DNA of 64,000 nt from Bdellovibrionales bacterium. Lineage in GTDB: Bacteria; Bdellovibrionota; Bdellovibrionia; Bdellovibrionales; UBA1609. The number at the start of each line of letters is the position of its first letter. Within the stretch, counting starts at the first letter, position 1. The notes beneath the pieces were generated by a model. It ran no database searches. It saw only the letters and a list, made by a program, of their open reading frames with translations, and had not been told where the DNA came from. The translations under genes and the position numbers were made by a program. The DNA is taken from the NCBI GenBank assembly GCA_050249195.1, contig JBFWQY010000003.1, positions 64,023-128,022 on the forward strand. Direction: 5' to 3'. This document shows, one piece after another, positions 24,732 to 33,273 of the stretch.

Positions 24732-25362
24732 GTTTCTTCTCCGGCTTGATTATCGGCTTTTATTTCTCTTGAACGTGCGCTGGGCGAATCCCGGTTTGGA
24801 TCCATTGTGGCTGACGGTGACACAGCTTCATAAGCAGGCCTGGTTTGTTACGATTGTGTTTCCTCTTCTCCTGTTCGCACTGTTTTATACATATAGGATG
24901 CAGGCTCTCAAAATCCTCATGGTTACGGGTTTGGCCGCAGGCATCAGCGACACTCTGGCGTATCGGGGAGTGAAATCGCAGGTGAAGCGTCAACGACCTT
25001 TTCAAAATCAGGAGATCTCAGCGCAAGTGCGCAAAGTGGGAGAGGCGCATGGGCCAAGTTTTCCCTCCAATCATGCGGCGAATGTGTTCGCGGGTGCCGT
25101 TATCTTGGCGTGGTACATCCCGCGACTTTGGATTATCTTTTACAGTTTTGCTCTTCTTGCCGCGGTGAGTCGAGTCGTCCTGGGCGTTCATTATCCTTCG
25201 GATGTGATCGCGGGCGCGATCCTGGGCATCCTCGTCGCGCTCCTTATTCGCGTCACATTGCTAAATCGATGGAAATGGCTCTGGCTCGACCAAGATGTTC
25301 CGGAATCCGACACGCAAAGCGCGGGTTGGAGAGCAAGAATTCGACGCCTCAATGAACATTGA
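24721..25362 (+). CDS. PAP2-family lipid phosphatase (LpxE/LpxF- or PgpB-like)
   Basis: All three PAP2 motifs are present: KSQVKRQRP, PSNH and SRVVLGVHYPSD. The ATG at 24721 follows AAGGA. Overlaps the upstream gene by 11 nt. Confidence 0.88.
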   Translation: MLLEFLLRLDYRLLFLLNVRWANPGLDPLWLTVTQLHKQAWFVTIVFPLLLFALFYTYRMQALKILMVTGLAAGISDTLAYRGVKSQVKRQRPFQNQEISAQVRKVGEAHGPSFPSNHAANVFAGAVILAWYIPRLWIIFYSFALLAAVSRVVLGVHYPSDVIAGAILGILVALLIRVTLLNRWKWLWLDQDVPESDTQSAGWRARIRRLNEH

Positions 25363-25462
25363 CAGTTTATCCTAGAAAAACGCCGCCTCCGTCGAGCTCT
25401 CGACCTGAGGCCAGGTATATCGGTTGCACAAACCTTCTCACTGGGAAGAGGGGGGCAGTCCT

Positions 25463-26149
25463 ATGGAAACCATTCGCGTCTTGGAGCGGGTCACCGGAAG
25501 TCTATTAATTATGTTTATGTTCAGCGTCGTCGGTTGCGGCCAGGGGTTCCGCGGGCAGGCGGAGTTCGCTCAGATTGAGACGAAATCGATCGATGATCAG
25601 TTGGCGAAAGCGGAAGAAGCCAAACTTCTCGCCGAAAAGGCCATCGATGAGGCTCATGCGGCCGTGAGTGAGATTACCGACGAAAATGGCAATATAAAGG
25701 TGGGTCTGTTCTCATCGGGATCGGGTTCGTCCTCGACGACGCGTTCGAAGCTCTTTTTTAATGGCCTGATCGAAAAGCTACGAAGTGTGTTTGATACGGT
25801 CTTTGCTCGTGCCGAAGAGGTGAAGGAACATTTTGAGCTCGCACGCGACAAGCTGGAGGAGGCGATGGACCTCCTCGATAAAAACGATCCTGAGCAGGCG
25901 GAGCGGATTGAGCAAATAAAGGACAAACTGGCCTACATTGATGAACTCGAACTGGAATTCTCCGAATCTATGCACAAGCTCTCCGACAAACTGGGAGTCG
26001 CGGTCAGCGGCCTTGAAAAAATCATTTCCGGCGTCACAAGTTTTATTCCCGGATGGGGATGGCTGGTGAATTTGGCTCTGGATTATCTTGTTATGAACGA
26101 GGTGAAAGATCTTGTTCTTGATCTGAGAGTCAAGCTCTTAAGTCTGTAG
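25463..26149 (+). CDS. Secreted or membrane-anchored coiled-coil protein (unknown function)
   Basis: ATG 25463 follows a G-rich SD. Hydrophobic N-terminus LLIMFMFSVVGCG, a long charged helical region, and a C-terminal hydrophobic segment FIPGWGWLVNLAL. Confidence 0.65.
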   Translation: METIRVLERVTGSLLIMFMFSVVGCGQGFRGQAEFAQIETKSIDDQLAKAEEAKLLAEKAIDEAHAAVSEITDENGNIKVGLFSSGSGSSSTTRSKLFFNGLIEKLRSVFDTVFARAEEVKEHFELARDKLEEAMDLLDKNDPEQAERIEQIKDKLAYIDELELEFSESMHKLSDKLGVAVSGLEKIISGVTSFIPGWGWLVNLALDYLVMNEVKDLVLDLRVKLLSL

Positions 26150-26161
26150 AACTGGCCGTTT

Positions 26162-26539
26162 TTACTTTTTGAGATCCTCGCCACGAAGAAACTTCTTGTA
26201 GGCCTCGATCGCCTGCACATTCTCCGTGGCGTATCGAAACTCCATATTAGGATCTTGCCCAAGGCCCCAGCCGAAAAGAGTTGTGAGCACGGCCCCGTGA
26301 TTGTAAAGCTCGGCTAGATAAGTTTCCATGGACTTGGAATTGCCAATGTTGGCTCCTTCCGCCAGTGCCCAGCGTTTGACTTTTTCTGATTTCAAAGTCG
26401 TAAAAAGGTCTTCCATTCCACCAGCTGAGATCCATGCGGAGTAAATGCTGAAGCCCGGGTTCAGGGTTGGCTGGATCTTTGTGTCACCAAACGGATCAAG
26501 ATATGACATGTTCCATTGTGAGACGGACGCGAGACTCAT
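26162..26539 (-). CDS. Hypothetical 125-aa protein
   Basis: ORF with protein-like composition and no signal peptide. Divergent from the HNH gene. No motif recognised. Confidence 0.5.
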   Translation of the reverse strand: MSLASVSQWNMSYLDPFGDTKIQPTLNPGFSIYSAWISAGGMEDLFTTLKSEKVKRWALAEGANIGNSKSMETYLAELYNHGAVLTTLFGWGLGQDPNMEFRYATENVQAIEAYKKFLRGEDLKK

Positions 26540-26627
26540 GCGAGATCCATCGTGCGAGATACCAGATCTTGAGGTCCAGTGCGGACTTGATTTACGTAAG
26601 CTCTTGATTCAAGATTAAAATTAGGGG

Positions 26628-27179
26628 GTGGGAGTCGCCCTAAGGAGGCTAGCCTTCAATAGGAGCTTATCCGGTGCCTTGGTACTCAACTCGGGGTACG
26701 AGCCGATCAAGGTTGTGAGCTGGCGCAAGGCCATGATCCTTTGGTTTCAGGATAAAGTGGAAGTTCTAGAATATCATTCCACGACCGTTTCCTCTCCCAG
26801 TCAAACCTTTCAATTACCCGCCGTCATGCGATTGAAAGTGTACATTCGGCCTTATCTCTCGTTGTCGGTGCGCTTATCGCGTCAAAATATTTTCCTGCGC
26901 GATGGCCATATCTGCCAGTACTGCTGCCAGAAGTTTTCGGAAAAGAAACTCACTGTCGATCATGTGATTCCCCTGAGCAAGGGTGGGCGCCATGAGTGGA
27001 CCAATGTGGTAACAGCTTGCTCGGAATGTAATAATCGCAAAGGTGACAAAACTTTGGAGCGGGCCAATCTGAGGCTGCTCACGCGCCCACAGAAACCAAG
27101 CTGGCTGCCCAATCGCGATCTCGAAGTCGAGGACAATCGACTGCCGCAGTCCTGGCGGCCCTATCTAGCTTCACGATAA
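26628..27179 (+). CDS. Stand-alone HNH endonuclease
   Basis: CQYC...DHVIPLSKGGRHEWTNVVTACSECNNRKG gives the HNH core with two CxxC pairs. The N-terminal LVLNSGYEPIKVVSWRKA is typical of a widespread solo HNH family. The start (GTG 26628) is uncertain. Confidence 0.88.
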   Translation: MGVALRRLAFNRSLSGALVLNSGYEPIKVVSWRKAMILWFQDKVEVLEYHSTTVSSPSQTFQLPAVMRLKVYIRPYLSLSVRLSRQNIFLRDGHICQYCCQKFSEKKLTVDHVIPLSKGGRHEWTNVVTACSECNNRKGDKTLERANLRLLTRPQKPSWLPNRDLEVEDNRLPQSWRPYLASR

Positions 27180-27306
27180 ACTCGGATCCAAAGGGACTTT
27201 GGGTGCACATTCATGAAACCGCGCGATCAAGAAATCGCGCAAATACTGTTGGCCGGCGATTGCGAAACCACCGGCGATCTTCTCAAGGCTAACTCAGAGA
27301 CTAAGA

Positions 27307-27807
27307 CTAGAGGTCCGAAATTGCGGACCTAAGCTCTGAGGGAAACGTGTTACCGTCAATGCCCATCTTCCTCATCCATTCGCCGTTGGCAATAAGCGCT
27401 GTGGCCTCTTTCTCGGGCTTGGCCACAATGTCGGTTACATTCTTACGGACTATAAGCATGGCGCTTGGGTTTTGCGCGTCAATAACAAACAGGGCACGAT
27501 CCCCGCCTCCGCAATTATGCGCTTCACATCCTGTGGCAATCAGAAAGCGATTATGCGCCACCGTTGCGGGGCTTGCAACGGCCAGACTTTGCTCCAAATC
27601 TGCCAACAATTTTGCGCGCAATTCCGCATCGCCATTATTCCCCACAGAGGATGTCAATGTATCCCCAACAAGTTCCGCTACGCGCTCGTCTTTGAGAATA
27701 TCAAAGGTGTACTTGTCCTTGAGCATAAGGACGTCCAGCCCGGTAAGTTCAGCGTGCACGTGAAGCCCAATGGCTGAAACCGCCAGCAACATAAGAGTGC
27801 GTCTCAT
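27307..27807 (-). CDS. Periplasmic protein, possible Ivy-like (inhibitor of vertebrate-type lysozyme) family member
   Basis: Signal peptide MRRTLMLLAVSAIGLHVHA. The CEAHNC loop (27511-27528) resembles the CKPHDC hallmark of Ivy in a protein of the right size. The CDS itself is solid; the family call is tentative. Confidence 0.5.
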   Translation of the reverse strand: MRRTLMLLAVSAIGLHVHAELTGLDVLMLKDKYTFDILKDERVAELVGDTLTSSVGNNGDAELRAKLLADLEQSLAVASPATVAHNRFLIATGCEAHNCGGGDRALFVIDAQNPSAMLIVRKNVTDIVAKPEKEATALIANGEWMRKMGIDGNTFPSELRSAISDL

Positions 27808-28109
27808 TTTTTTTCTCCCTCAAAAAGTTTATCGTCAACTTAGGTTCGCATGGACTAGCGAGAGTTGAGATTTCGCATCAATTACAATCTCCTGCTCCGG
27901 TCGTAAAGAACTCTTACGGAATTTGCAGGAATGTCGAACAACTGTAATTTTTGGAGTGAAAATTAAAGTCATTCGTTGTCGGATTTCAGATCCACAAGAC
28001 CCGCATTCCGGCACCGAGCACGGCCGTTATGCGGGTGGCGTTTTGACAGGTGCTGTCAATAGCTGAGGCTTTCATCGCCGCGGCGGGCCCCACTTCGGGG
28101 GCCCATTCA

Positions 28110-31100
28110 TTAATGAACCTCGTCAAGGATCTCGGACTGGGCATCCCCATCCGCACCGCTACGCATAAGCGGGTTGAACGGATAATAAAGAACCAATTTT
28201 CCTTCGCCTGTGCCTTTTTCAAAATTGAGAGATGCGCCCTGGGCGGACACTACTGGGGCTTCGGGCATTCCGAAATACGGCTGCTCGGTTAGCGTTCCGG
28301 GAATGAAGGTCCATTCACCCAATCCCTCACCCAGATAGTCGTCAGATTCAATCATGTTTTCGTTGCCTCCGACGGACGCCAATTTGATTCGGATACGGCC
28401 GTCCTCCGCTCTCAATAATTTCTCCACAGGGGTTTCGATCAGGGCAATTGTGGACTGGGTGAAAGGAGCCATCCCACCCTGGTGGATGAGCGCTGTTTCG
28501 TAATTCAAGCTGCCTTCACGTCCCTCATTGATTTCCTTTTCATATGCCAACCGGATTTCGCGCGCCTTCTTCGCATCCAGAAGGACTGAGGCGAAGACAG
28601 CGGATTCGGGAGTTTCCGCGCTGAGGCCGGCCACTCCCGCAAGCTCTTGGTCAGCAACGTCGTCCCCATCACCATCAATCAGCACGGAAACTTCGCACAG
28701 ATGCCATGTGGTGACGGGCGTAAAGAGCTTAAACGCAAACTGAATCACTTCTTTCGGACCTTGCGAATCGCCTTGGTTCTGTTTGCGCAGAATACGGTAA
28801 CCCGCGGACTGGAGATCACAGCTCCGGCTCCTCCACTGCTGAGTGGGACGCGCTTCTGGTTTGCGCGCGTCTTCGCCGATAAGATTGAAGGCCAGCGCGA
28901 GCCCATTAACCGCGCTCGCGTTCGTGAGCTGGATAGAACCAGCCCTTGTGGAAGCCTCCACACTCCGGATTTCTGAAGACTGGGTGCGAATGGCCAATGC
29001 GGGAATTTGCGCAACGATGCGCTCGCCCTGCATAAAGAGAATTCGTCCGTTCAGTTCGGTCTGAAACTGGTCGCGCTCTTCGAGAGCGTAAGAAATCCGA
29101 ATGGAAACTTCCACTTCCTCTCCCGCCGCGAGATGGATGCTTGCGGGGACGCCTAAGCGCAGGCCAGGCGTGGTTTGCGTGTTCGTCGTCAAAGCGAGGG
29201 GCTCATCCGAGATGTTGCGCAATCTGACTGTTCGCGATGTGCGCTGCTGACCACGCAGCTGCACGCGTCCCAGACTCAGTCCTTGAGGAGAAACAACGAG
29301 CGGAGCGTCGAGAGCCTCGGCAATCCGCACACGTCCGGCGCCTTGGAGCGAGATTGGAATCTGTCCCTGCGGCGTGGATAAAACTTTAGCCGTGTTCATG
29401 ACTAAAGATTTGAAATCCTCAGGTCCAAGTTTGGGGTGGCGCTGTTTGAGCAGCGCCACCACACCGGTCAGATGGGGCGCGGCCATGCTTGTTCCATTGA
29501 GGGCCACCGAATCATCACCTTCACCCATGGCGGCGGAGATCACTTGCTGACCGGGCGCCGCGACTTCCGGCTTCAGGAGGTTGTCTTCGGACCGCGGCCC
29601 CTTTGACGAGAACTCCGTGATCGTATCAATCAATTCAGGCTCTTCGATGACTTCGCCCGTTTTGAATTGGATGTGAACCGGACCTTGTGTCAACTCGCTC
29701 TTCAATTTCAGTCCCAGGGCCTGGCTGATCATAATCGCGGGGATATCGACTTTGCCGTCTCCACCCATGGGAATGGGCTTGCCCGGCTCGCTGTTATACA
29801 CGACGGCTCCTACCGCACCCGCTTCGCTGGCCCGCTTGAGCTTGTCAAGGAAAGGGACCTTCCCTCGCACAATCAGCGCAACCTTACCCTGAAGCCGAGC
29901 CTTGACAGGGTCGGGGAGGTCCGCGTCTGCAAGTCCGATATCCACCAACTCGCCCTCGGCCGAGTCAACTTCCTTAATGGGTTTGGAGATCGCGCCTTCA
30001 ATCGCTTTTGCGATCCAATTGGATCCGTCCGGACTGGTGAAGCGCACGGCTGCGAATTGCCAATTGTGAGGAGAACCATCGATGCTCGCCGCCACGGAGA
30101 TCGCCTCATTGGAAGTGGATGGGGCTCCGACAATGTAATCCACGGGACCTGAGTTGCCAGCAGAGGCCACGATCACGGTACCGGCATGCGCGAGATTCTT
30201 AACCGCTTCCGTATACAAGATTTGAGGCTGGCCAAACCCGCCACCCAAGGACAAATTGATGGCGTCGAGTTGATCCGTGGGATCCAAATCTCCGTTGGGA
30301 TCGGCCACATATTCGAAACCCGCAATCACAACGGCGTCCGAGGTGGAGCCCGCCTTACCAAAGACTTTGACAGCGTAGATTTGCGCATCCGGGGCCACGC
30401 CCGTGTAGGTGTTGCGCCCGTCTCCTATACCTGCGATAGTTCCCGCGACGTGTGTCCCATGTCCCGCCTCATCAATTGGGTTGGCATCGGGATGGGGCAA
30501 ATGTTCGGCTGCGAATGGCGATGCGGCATTGAAGTCGCTGCCTGCGAGGTCAACTCCGCCCACGACCTTCGCGTTCGGGAAATGGGCCGAGGGTCGGGCG
30601 GGATCAATGGCGGTGAAATCCTCTTTTTTTCCTGAACCTCCCAACATCAAGTGAGTGTAATCCACTCCGGTATCCAACACGCCCACACGCACACCGCGTC
30701 CGCTGATTCCGCGATCGCGGGCAGCTTGAGCGCCAATGAACGTGACGGAGTTCACCAGTTCCGGTTGAGCGCGACCTTCGGTTTCAGCCGCGAAGGTTTG
30801 AGGGCGCGCAAACGGACGGGCGGGGCTGACTCCTTTCACTCCCGGCAAGCGCTCCAGAGCGGGTTGCATATCACCGGTTGCAAACACGGCCAGGCCATTG
30901 ATCACCATGCGGTAGCGGAAAACAATTTGAGTTTCCGGCGCCAGCTGCTTGAGGCGGCTTTCGAACTCGGCCTGCTCGGCAAGCAGTTTCTGTTTGGCTT
31001 CGGCGGGGACTTCCCATCCATTTTCTGTCTTTCGCGCACTGACAAGGAGTGGTGGTGATTCGAGCGTGACCACCATAAGCTCGGCGGTGGCCGCGATGGG

Positions 31101-31289
31101 GCGGTTGCTAAAAATATCTTCCGACGGCGAGTCCAGTTCAACAACCGGTTTACTTTGAGTGCAGGCACTCACACTCAATATGAGAACAACGAAAAGCACT
31201 CTGAAGTTCAATTTCAAGCTGAAGCTCTTGATTGACGCTGAAACCCCCAGTAGCGACTGAAAGTTCTTGCGTCGTCGGTACGCCGCCAT
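28110..31289 (-). CDS. Subtilisin-like serine protease (peptidase S8) with inserted PA domain and long C-terminal extension; probable lipoprotein
   Basis: Catalytic triad motifs VGVLDTGVD, HGTHVAG and GTSMAAPH. PA-domain-like LQGKVALIVRG...AGAVGAVVYN lies between His and Ser. N-terminal VLILSVSAC is a lipobox. Confidence 0.93.
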   Translation of the reverse strand: MAAYRRRKNFQSLLGVSASIKSFSLKLNFRVLFVVLILSVSACTQSKPVVELDSPSEDIFSNRPIAATAELMVVTLESPPLLVSARKTENGWEVPAEAKQKLLAEQAEFESRLKQLAPETQIVFRYRMVINGLAVFATGDMQPALERLPGVKGVSPARPFARPQTFAAETEGRAQPELVNSVTFIGAQAARDRGISGRGVRVGVLDTGVDYTHLMLGGSGKKEDFTAIDPARPSAHFPNAKVVGGVDLAGSDFNAASPFAAEHLPHPDANPIDEAGHGTHVAGTIAGIGDGRNTYTGVAPDAQIYAVKVFGKAGSTSDAVVIAGFEYVADPNGDLDPTDQLDAINLSLGGGFGQPQILYTEAVKNLAHAGTVIVASAGNSGPVDYIVGAPSTSNEAISVAASIDGSPHNWQFAAVRFTSPDGSNWIAKAIEGAISKPIKEVDSAEGELVDIGLADADLPDPVKARLQGKVALIVRGKVPFLDKLKRASEAGAVGAVVYNSEPGKPIPMGGDGKVDIPAIMISQALGLKLKSELTQGPVHIQFKTGEVIEEPELIDTITEFSSKGPRSEDNLLKPEVAAPGQQVISAAMGEGDDSVALNGTSMAAPHLTGVVALLKQRHPKLGPEDFKSLVMNTAKVLSTPQGQIPISLQGAGRVRIAEALDAPLVVSPQGLSLGRVQLRGQQRTSRTVRLRNISDEPLALTTNTQTTPGLRLGVPASIHLAAGEEVEVSIRISYALEERDQFQTELNGRILFMQGERIVAQIPALAIRTQSSEIRSVEASTRAGSIQLTNASAVNGLALAFNLIGEDARKPEARPTQQWRSRSCDLQSAGYRILRKQNQGDSQGPKEVIQFAFKLFTPVTTWHLCEVSVLIDGDGDDVADQELAGVAGLSAETPESAVFASVLLDAKKAREIRLAYEKEINEGREGSLNYETALIHQGGMAPFTQSTIALIETPVEKLLRAEDGRIRIKLASVGGNENMIESDDYLGEGLGEWTFIPGTLTEQPYFGMPEAPVVSAQGASLNFEKGTGEGKLVLYYPFNPLMRSGADGDAQSEILDEVH

Positions 31290-31292
31290 TCT

Positions 31293-31302
31293 CCCCCCCC
31301 CC
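31293..31302. repeat. C10/G10 homopolymer abutting the S8 protease start codon
   Basis: Ten consecutive C on the + strand. On the coding (minus) strand this reads GGGGGGGGGGAGAATG. Confidence 0.95.
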
Positions 31303-31487
31303 TAATTTTTGTCCTTAATCTTTTCTTTTCCCCGCGAACCAAACTAATTCTTGAGTTGGGAGTTGTAAAATTTTTTGCGTGAATGGAAAACATAGAAGAA
31401 ATTACAGGACATTATGCGTTAACTATGCAGATTGATTCGTAGGGCGGTTATGGCAACAATAAGATTTTTTCACGCAGGAGGGGTGTC

Positions 31488-32294
31488 GTGAAGGTTTCTA
31501 TACATCGAGCACTTATTCTGATCGCGACCCTAATCGCGTCGTCAGCCGGGGCTCAGGATTTGAAGTTTCAAAATCTAAACAGAGAAGACTTCGAGAAAGT
31601 TGTGCGAGAGCTTTCGGCCAATTTTATGCACACTTCAGTCTCGGGCGCGGGCACGTTGGGCAGTATATTTGGATTTGAACTGGGGGTCTTAGGCGGCGTG
31701 ACTCGCTCGTCCGAAGTGGAAAAGTTGGCGCGGGAAGTGGATCCAGAGGCGGAGGCCGCGCATGTGCCACACGGGGCCCTGTTCGGCGTGCTGACCGTTC
31801 CGGCCGGCCTCACGGTAGAAACGGCCTTGATCCCAAAGGTGGGTTCCAAAGAATTTAAGTTTAATCTGCTTTCGCTCGCGGTGAAATGGACGCCGACGGA
31901 ACTCTTGTTTGACTGGCCGTTAAGTCTGGCTATTGAAGGTTCCGTCAGCAAGGCCAATTTGGAGTTCGAACAAACTCTAAGTGGCGTCGCAACCAATTTT
32001 GATTATGGCAGCACGGTGACGGCGTTTACCGTCTTTGTGAGCAAGAACTTTGCGATCATTGAACCCTATGCGGGACTGGGAATTGTGAGCGGCAAAGGAA
32101 ACCTGGATGTGGAGGGGTCGACGACCGTGTTCGATGCCACATACACGCAAGCCCAGTCCGCTTCGGAAAAGCGTTCCAGTGCGGTGTGGATGCTGGGAAC
32201 AGAGGTCAAGCTTTTGGTTTTAAAGCTGGGTTTAGAATATGCTCGACTTATGGACACGAGCCGCTACACGGGTAAGGTTGCGTTTTATTTTTGA
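31488..32294 (+). CDS. Putative outer-membrane beta-barrel protein
   Basis: GTG 31488 follows GGAGGGG. Signal peptide LIATLIASSAGAQ, alternating hydrophobic pattern, and a C-terminal ...GKVAFYF ending in Phe. Confidence 0.65.
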   Translation: MKVSIHRALILIATLIASSAGAQDLKFQNLNREDFEKVVRELSANFMHTSVSGAGTLGSIFGFELGVLGGVTRSSEVEKLAREVDPEAEAAHVPHGALFGVLTVPAGLTVETALIPKVGSKEFKFNLLSLAVKWTPTELLFDWPLSLAIEGSVSKANLEFEQTLSGVATNFDYGSTVTAFTVFVSKNFAIIEPYAGLGIVSGKGNLDVEGSTTVFDATYTQAQSASEKRSSAVWMLGTEVKLLVLKLGLEYARLMDTSRYTGKVAFYF

Positions 32295-32382
32295 GTGTCG
32301 TTGGCCGGAACCTGTTCGCGTGCGTAATGCTGGATGCCAGAGATTGCTTGTCGTTCAGGGTCCATCTACCTTCTGCGCGCAG

Positions 32383-32883
32383 ATGAAGAGTCTATCAATA
32401 TTCCTAAAATGGTTCCTGGGCATGCTCGTTTTTGGCGGGGTGATCACTCTGATCATTCTGAACTATCCCTGGGTGTTTTCCAAAAGAGTGGAGGGGCGGA
32501 TTCTGGCCGTGGAGCGCGTGACCACGCCTGAAGCGATTGTCTCCGGCAGCGTGAAACCGTACCAAATCTACTCCTTTTCCGTTTTGATTCAGGGCAAAGA
32601 TGGTCGGCTCTACACCGCGAGTTCGGAGGACCGCCAGTGGCAAGTCGCAAAGAAGGGCTACTGCGTGGAGGCCCTATTGTACCGCTATCCACCGTGGGAA
32701 CTGGAGAAAGCCAATACCTTTTTCAATGCGCGTGTGAAGGAATTAAGAGTGTGCGAAGGTGAGTCGCCTCCGGATGAGACACCCACGGCCCCGGATCCCC
32801 TGCCCACACCTGTTCCATCGGGAGACACTCTTAACTCGGACCCGGAACTCTCCGATAAGATAAACGACGGATTGGGCGAGTAA
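32383..32883 (+). CDS. Membrane-anchored hypothetical protein
   Basis: The internal ATG at 32383 gives MKSLSIFLKWFLGMLVFGGVITLIIL (a TM anchor). The part of ORF 32239-32883 upstream of it is Arg/Cys-rich and unlikely to be coding. Confidence 0.6.
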   Translation: MKSLSIFLKWFLGMLVFGGVITLIILNYPWVFSKRVEGRILAVERVTTPEAIVSGSVKPYQIYSFSVLIQGKDGRLYTASSEDRQWQVAKKGYCVEALLYRYPPWELEKANTFFNARVKELRVCEGESPPDETPTAPDPLPTPVPSGDTLNSDPELSDKINDGLGE

Positions 32884-32925
32884 ATCGTCAAATCCGCGCA
32901 ATCCAGAGATCTTGGGAGAGAACGT

Positions 32926-33207
32926 ATGTGGACCATTAAATCCAAGGCTCTCCTGGTGGGAGCACTGATTGGCCTCTCCGCCTGTAGCAAGGGGGGGCAA
33001 CTCACGCTGGAGCCAGGAGCTAAAAAGAGTTCAAAAGGCTCGCCCTATGTGATGGTGAACCAGGGCGGGAAGGCCCTGGTTGTGCAGCAGGGGCAAACCC
33101 CTAGCACCGGAGTGCATGGCTGGATTTCGATCCAGTCAGTCTCGTCGGACCGGATGGTGAGCGGGCAGGGCCATCAGATGTTTATGAACAAACCGGGAAC
33201 CAACTAG
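32926..33207 (+). CDS. Small lipoprotein (93 aa)
   Basis: MWTIKSKALLVGALIGLSACSKGG is a signal peptide plus lipobox. Confidence 0.65.
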   Translation: MWTIKSKALLVGALIGLSACSKGGQLTLEPGAKKSSKGSPYVMVNQGGKALVVQQGQTPSTGVHGWISIQSVSSDRMVSGQGHQMFMNKPGTN

Positions 33208-33238
33208 GGCGCTCCCTCATTTCACATCGCGCTCATTC

Positions 33239-33258
33239 AAGGGGCGTCACCGCCCCTT
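33239..33258. terminator. GC-rich hairpin between convergent genes (possible terminator)
   Basis: AAGGGGCG-TCAC-CGCCCCTT forms an 8-bp stem between the stops at 33207 (+) and 33274 (-). There is no clear U-tract. Confidence 0.4.
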
Positions 33259-33273
33259 AGGATCGGCTTGTCA

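Noticed and set aside
26162-26539. Possible paralogy between the 125-aa protein (..AIEAYKKFL..) and the frameshifted gene (..ALAAYRKFL..)
   Set aside because: The similarity is limited to one short motif, and the rest does not align by eye.
27213-27332. 39-aa ORF (MKPRDQEIAQILLAGDCE...) in the HNH/Ivy intergenic region
   Set aside because: It has no SD, overlaps the convergent Ivy-like gene end and has no recognisable motif.
28085-28104. GGGCCCC-loop-GGGGCCC hairpin just downstream of the S8 protease stop, as a terminator
   Set aside because: The 7-bp GC stem is real, but there is no U-tract on either strand. That is too weak to annotate as an intrinsic terminator.
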